A DNA stretch of 64,000 nucleotides. Source: an uncultured cyanobacterium (GTDB taxonomy: Bacteria; Cyanobacteriota; Cyanobacteriia; Leptolyngbyales; Leptolyngbyaceae). Positions 59,558 through 64,000 of the stretch are shown in pieces. The stretch lies in assembly GCA_963766075.1 (NCBI GenBank), contig CAVYAN010000075.1, positions 23,268 to 87,267 on the forward strand. Direction: 5' to 3'. Below the pieces are notes generated by a model. It ran no database searches, was not told where the DNA came from, and saw only the letters and a list, made by a program, of their open reading frames with translations. Position numbers and translations under genes: made by a program. Numbering within the stretch: position 1 is the first letter of the stretch; the number at the start of each line of letters is the position of its first letter.

Positions 59558-59610
59558 TTCATGAATGGCAGAAATTCATGAATGGTGGAAGCTCATGAAT
59601 AGTGGAAACT
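59558..59610. repeat. Degenerate 17-bp tandem repeat TCATGAATRGYRGAARY x3
   Basis: Read directly downstream of the transglutaminase gene. Confidence 0.7.
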
Positions 59611-59863
59611 ACGGATATATCATTTCTTGTTTGTATAAATAAATCCATAAATATACTGACGATCTTATTGGGCCTTTTCTAGCAGAGTTGATTGCATCAG
59701 ATCCCTGTGGAGTAGTGCTTGAGGGAAAAGGCTCGCACTATCCTGTGCGTCATGCCTCGTCCACTGATGCGTTACTACGGATACGGCAAATCCTGATGGG
59801 TCAAATCCTGATGCGTTTACTACTGATACGTCTACTTACGTCTACTCCGGATTTAAAATACCC

Positions 59864-60490
59864 ATGAAAACCTCCGCACTTTCTGCGGTGGCTGTTGCTC
59901 TTGTCAGCGCAGTCACCCTGGCCAGCAGCCCTGTGGCCACCGCCGCAACCCTAAGCTTTGATGATCTCCCCAACAAGACGTTCATCCCTAACGGATATGG
60001 TGGACTGGACTGGAATAACTTTGGCGTTGTGACCCCGACTGTGGAACATCCTGGTGGCTCTGGCTACGGAAATGGCACCGTGTCCCCAAACAACGTTGCC
60101 TTTAACTCTTCGGGGACCCTCGCCGCCATCTTGAGCCAGACGGCGTTTGACTTCAACCGCGTTTACTTAACGGCGGCCTGGAACAATGCGCTGACGGTCC
60201 AGATTGATGGCTATTGGGATGGCGTTTTGCAGCGTACGGAGAGTGTCCAAGTGGATGCCACCGCTCCCACGTTGTTCAACTTCACAAACTTCCGCCGGAT
60301 TAACCAGGTGACTTTTTCCGCCTTTGGCGGGACCAATGCGGGGTTGGGGGGTACAGGGACCCAGTTTGCCATGGATAACTTCACCTATGTTGCAGTGCCA
60401 GAACCCGCTACCCTGGGTGGGTCATTGGCCGCCATGGGGTTAGCTGTGCGAGTGATGAAAAAGCGTCCGAAAAATCCTCATTCCGGTTGA
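59864..60490 (+). CDS. PEP-CTERM sorting domain protein
   Basis: Signal peptide (ATA-A), IPNGYGGLDW, MDNFTY, then VPEP-hydrophobic-KKR tail. Confidence 0.9.
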   Translation: MKTSALSAVAVALVSAVTLASSPVATAATLSFDDLPNKTFIPNGYGGLDWNNFGVVTPTVEHPGGSGYGNGTVSPNNVAFNSSGTLAAILSQTAFDFNRVYLTAAWNNALTVQIDGYWDGVLQRTESVQVDATAPTLFNFTNFRRINQVTFSAFGGTNAGLGGTGTQFAMDNFTYVAVPEPATLGGSLAAMGLAVRVMKKRPKNPHSG

Positions 60491-60924
60491 CGCTCCAGAA
60501 AGGCTTCCATGGTGCTGGTGAGATAGTGCCCTGCCATCATGTTGCTGGAGAGCAGATAGGTTTGGGGATCTTGGCGATAGAGGGTTTCAAAGCCTGTACG
60601 ACGTTGGCGATCGCCCAGCACCCAGTAGCGCTGCACAATGGAATCCTGGGCCAACCACCCTTCGCCCTCAACCTTACCCAGTAAACTATGTTGCAGCACA
60701 AAGGTATATTTACGGTGCTCGGCATCCAACCGTCCTCGGTACTGAAAGATAATTTCTTCATGATCACTGGCGGGAAAGATCAGCTTTGTCACCATGGTGA
60801 ACCAGGAATCTCGGCTCCAGGCAATGAGTGTGCCACCCTTAACTGGAACCGGACTGCCGCTGCGTTCTAGCCAGTTTCCCTGAAGGGACCAGCGCCCCGA
60901 TTCCATTAAAAATGTGTGATTCAC
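60478..60924 (-). CDS. Conserved hypothetical protein (beta-strand rich)
   Basis: HTFLMESGRWSLQGNW, LGKVEGEGW, IVQRYWVLGD, GFETL; natural-looking composition; follows anmK. Confidence 0.7.
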   Translation of the reverse strand: MNHTFLMESGRWSLQGNWLERSGSPVPVKGGTLIAWSRDSWFTMVTKLIFPASDHEEIIFQYRGRLDAEHRKYTFVLQHSLLGKVEGEGWLAQDSIVQRYWVLGDRQRRTGFETLYRQDPQTYLLSSNMMAGHYLTSTMEAFLERQPE

Positions 60925-60987
60925 AGTTGGACTTCCTGCCCCAAACGTTAATGGATTTCGCCCAAACAGGCAACGCCCCTCATGCTA

Positions 60988-62145
60988 TCATGCTGCGCTA
61001 AAGGTGACAGGGTGGATTTCACCGAGCAGGACAGATGCGCAGGCCCCGGTGACTTGGGGCAGATTGCCGGGGATGCCGTGGTATCGCCAGTAGGCCAAGA
61101 CAGCAAAGGCGATCGCCTCCTTATAGTCTGCACTAAGTCCCCGATCATCCGTCGTCAAAATGGACACGGATGGCAGATGAACGCGACAGCGGTGGATTAA
61201 GTATTGATTTTTACTGCCGCCCCCACAGAGTAAAACCTCGTCTGGCATGTGGGGCAGAAAGGTCCGATAGCTGTGGGCGATCGTGGCTGCTGTAAAGTCC
61301 GTTAAGGTGGCGAGGATGTCCGCTGGGGAGAGCTGTTGGTGTTGGGTGGCGGCGAGACAGCGGTGCAGGTAGGGCTGGCCAAAGTATTCCCGCCCGGTGG
61401 ATTTGGGCGGTGCTTGCTGAAAAAAGGGGTCTCGCAACCAATCGCTGACGAGATCGGGGGCAGGAGTGCCGCTGGCAGCCCAGGTGCCATCCTGGTCATA
61501 GCTTTTTTCTCCACCCGATAACTCCTGAACGGCCAGATCCAGCAGCATATTTCCCGGTCCAGTATCCCACCCTAAAATGGTAGCGGTATTGCTATCTCGT
61601 GCAGGTAAATACGTGACATTGCCAATGCCACCAATATTTTGAACACAGCGGTGGCGGGTTTGATGGGTCAGGAGGGCGGCATCGACTGGTGGTACCAGGG
61701 GAGCACCCTGTCCGGCGGCAGCAATATCGGCCACACGAAAATTAGTGATTGTGGGAATGCCCGTCTGATGGGCAATCACAGCGCCCCGCCCCAGTTGCAG
61801 ACTATAGCCTAGGCGCAAGTCACCCCCTGCGCCGGTGGGGGGCCGATGGAAGACGGTTTGGCCGTGGGAGCCGATCAGGTCGGCGGGGGACTGATCGGTC
61901 TGTATCGCGATCGCCGCTTGGGCAAATTCGTGGGCGATCGCATCATCTAACTGGGCAAATTCTGGCATCGATAGGCATTGGCCAGCACCCACCGCCAGCA
62001 CCCACTGCCGTAAATCCTCGGGATAGGCGTAGGTTTGGCCTGCTAAAAGTTCAACCCGTAGATCATGGATGGAGCCGGAAATATCGACCAAGGCAGCATC
62101 AATACCATCGACAGAGGTCCCGCTCATTAAACCAGTAACGCGCAT
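60988..62145 (-). CDS. anmK: Anhydro-N-acetylmuramic acid kinase
   Basis: [55 protein letters not shown]. Confidence 0.97.
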   Translation of the reverse strand: MRVTGLMSGTSVDGIDAALVDISGSIHDLRVELLAGQTYAYPEDLRQWVLAVGAGQCLSMPEFAQLDDAIAHEFAQAAIAIQTDQSPADLIGSHGQTVFHRPPTGAGGDLRLGYSLQLGRGAVIAHQTGIPTITNFRVADIAAAGQGAPLVPPVDAALLTHQTRHRCVQNIGGIGNVTYLPARDSNTATILGWDTGPGNMLLDLAVQELSGGEKSYDQDGTWAASGTPAPDLVSDWLRDPFFQQAPPKSTGREYFGQPYLHRCLAATQHQQLSPADILATLTDFTAATIAHSYRTFLPHMPDEVLLCGGGSKNQYLIHRCRVHLPSVSILTTDDRGLSADYKEAIAFAVLAYWRYHGIPGNLPQVTGACASVLLGEIHPVTFSAA

Positions 62146-62265
62146 GAATTTAGAAAAACGAAAGGACGGGGCAAGGCTCTAGAAACGGCATGGCGATCCA
62201 GAAATTCCTACCCGAGTATTGTCCAACGAATTCGGTCGAGCTGTGTGGAAGCACTACAGGCAGAG

Positions 62266-62769
62266 CTAGAGCGGCGCAATCCCATAGTGGTTTTGAACTT
62301 GGGCCAAGGGTAGGTGCCATTGATCTTCGGGTCGCCAGGTGCCGACATCAAACCGGGAACCCCGACCTCGGCAGTAGGCGCGCCACAGGCGATCGCGACG
62401 GCTAGTTTGAGGCAGTGACGGCACCATCAGGCTCAGTAGCCCCAGACCCAGCACCACATGGGCAAGGCGAAATTTAGCCCCCAGTAAGAAGGCTTGGACT
62501 TCGGCTTCACCGATCGCGTCGGCACCGTACCCCGTCAATGCATGCACAGCGTCATGGGACTGCTTGCGGCGGGGGCCAGTGGCCAGCGGCAATAGCTGGT
62601 GCTGGTGCAAGAAGTTGGCTAGGGTGCAGCCCAGGGTGGTGGGCGGCAGCGATCGCAGATATTCGAGGTTCACAATCGGGGGAATATTCACCCCCAGAGC
62701 TGCGCCTAGCCAGTCAACGCTGGCGAGAAAACACCGTAGGCCAGGGCCGGATTGAGGCAGAGTTTGCAT
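62266..62769 (-). CDS. Coq4 family protein
   Basis: LEYLRSLPPTTLG, HDAVHALTGY..GEAEVQAF (HDxxH..E motif). Confidence 0.8.
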   Translation of the reverse strand: MQTLPQSGPGLRCFLASVDWLGAALGVNIPPIVNLEYLRSLPPTTLGCTLANFLHQHQLLPLATGPRRKQSHDAVHALTGYGADAIGEAEVQAFLLGAKFRLAHVVLGLGLLSLMVPSLPQTSRRDRLWRAYCRGRGSRFDVGTWRPEDQWHLPLAQVQNHYGIAPL

Positions 62770-62785
62770 GATTAGAAGGCTCCCT

Positions 62786-63289
62786 TTAGTTCGATGGTGA
62801 TGGATTGGCAGGGCGCGCGGAGCGCATCTTTTCCCGAAGTTTTTGCTGTTGATCAGGGGGCAACGATTGTATCCAGGCACGTCTTGCCTGTTGAAGCTGT
62901 TGGCGTTGTTCCGGTGTTAACACCACATCGAATTGAGCCTGGGTTGATTGCATAATTCCACGTAATTTTGTTTTTTGTTCAGTGGTTAAGTTAAGACTAC
63001 TCATGGCGCTGCGCATATCTTCCCCATTCTGGAGAGCCGTTTTGAGCTGAGCTTTTTGGTCGGTGCTAAGCACAGCTTGGGCCTGGACCAAGGCTTGTTG
63101 TCGAATGGTCTGCATTTGGGCCCTTTGTTCCGGGCTGAGGTTCAACTGCTGAAAAGGCAACGGTGGGTGCTGCTTCGAGGGCGTTGCTGCTGGCTGGGCC
63201 GTGACAATTTGGTTGCCTAGCGGAAGCAGCAGCAGGCCACCCGCGATGAGGGCGAGTAATGGCAGCGCTTTCGGGAGCTTAATGTGCAT
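62786..63289 (-). CDS. Spy/CpxP family periplasmic protein (LTxxQ repeats)
   Basis: Signal peptide; LNLSPEQ, VLSTDQ, LNLTTEQ, VLTPEQ. Confidence 0.85.
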   Translation of the reverse strand: MHIKLPKALPLLALIAGGLLLLPLGNQIVTAQPAATPSKQHPPLPFQQLNLSPEQRAQMQTIRQQALVQAQAVLSTDQKAQLKTALQNGEDMRSAMSSLNLTTEQKTKLRGIMQSTQAQFDVVLTPEQRQQLQQARRAWIQSLPPDQQQKLREKMRSARPANPSPSN

Positions 63290-63501
63290 AAATGGGGGTC
63301 TCCGTCAGTGGGATGCTTTTATCCTATGGAGAGGTCTACGATTCTTCATGAGGCCGAAGTCCTGAATGATTTGGGACTTTGGTCCCAGCAGCCTTGGTTT
63401 CGGCGGCTTTGGTTCCAGTGGCTTTGGTCCCAGCGGTGTTGCTGCACAGGTTGCCCCGCAGGTCTGGCCCTGGGACTTAGATAGCGTCAGAGGAAACCCC
63501 A

Positions 63502-64000
63502 TTAGCCGTCGATGATGGCGGGGCGCATTTTGCGGACGGAATTGATGGTGAACCAGCGAGTGCAGCGGGGCAGTTCATCCAAGGACAGCACCCGTTCCTG
63601 GATCTGGCCTTGCTGCAATAACCACTGGCGATAAATACCAGGAAGTAATCCGCAAGACACTGGAGGCGTATACATTTGATCTTCAATTTCAAAAATCAAA
63701 TTGGCAATGCAAGTCTCGGTGACTTCGCCCCGCTGATTCCACAACAACACATCATCGACATCCGGGAGGGCTTGCCGCGCGGTGTCATAGATGAGTCGGT
63801 GGGTCGTCTTGTGGTAGAGCCAAATTTGGGTTGCATCTACGGGAACCGGGCTGATGCCTAAGCGGATAGGTGAGAGGCGATCGGCCAGGAAGAGAGGACT
63901 GACTTCATGGCGCAGATCTCCCGTGGCTGATAGGATGAGTCGAATCCTTTGAGGCCCTGTCCAAAGTGAGCTTCGGGGGAGTTTCTGTAGAGCATTACGA
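63502..64000 (-). CDS. Class IV aminotransferase / aminodeoxychorismate lyase domain (5' end outside the window)
   Basis: Frame open to the window edge: RIRLIL..WLYHKTTHR..DVLLWNQRGEVTETCIANL..TPPVSCGLLPG..NSVR. May be the C-terminus of a PabB-PabC fusion. Confidence 0.85.
   Translation of the reverse strand, partial: RNALQKLPRSSLWTGPQRIRLILSATGDLRHEVSPLFLADRLSPIRLGISPVPVDATQIWLYHKTTHRLIYDTARQALPDVDDVLLWNQRGEVTETCIANLIFEIEDQMYTPPVSCGLLPGIYRQWLLQQGQIQERVLSLDELPRCTRWFTINSVRKMRPAIIDG

Noticed and set aside
1..64000. High frequency of GCGATCGC
   Set aside because: This is HIP1, an ordinary cyanobacterial feature; I used it only as a taxonomic clue.

Overview
Cyanobacterial chromosomal segment, judged from dense HIP1 octamers (GCGATCGC), petF, bvdR, ccaA and short tandem repeats. 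It holds about 50 CDSs. Main blocks: a DUF928-CHASE2 kinase-response regulator signalling cassette; an alpha-2-macroglobulin; carboxysomal carbonic anhydrase; SufE, a papain-like protease with an acidic tail, BvdR and ferredoxin; an srxA-6S RNA-dps stress locus behind a PerR/FurC-like box; sbpA-cysT-cysW-NIL divergent from a cystine lyase; an orphan pstB-CHAD-atypical pyruvate kinase cluster; a TPR/O-GlcNAc-transferase-like gene, tsaE, an Rpn-like nuclease, a large CPBP fusion, ispG, a PadR/DUF4188-like pair with three operators and asnS; a 7-PAS kinase-REC-GGDEF/EAL relay; a circularly permuted ATP-grasp/alpha-E/transglutaminase operon with no adjacent Anbu protease; and anmK. Four genes are frameshifted at G/C homopolymers, probably from sequencing error. 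I saw no CRISPR array, rRNA or tRNA. Family assignments come from motif recognition by eye, not database searches.
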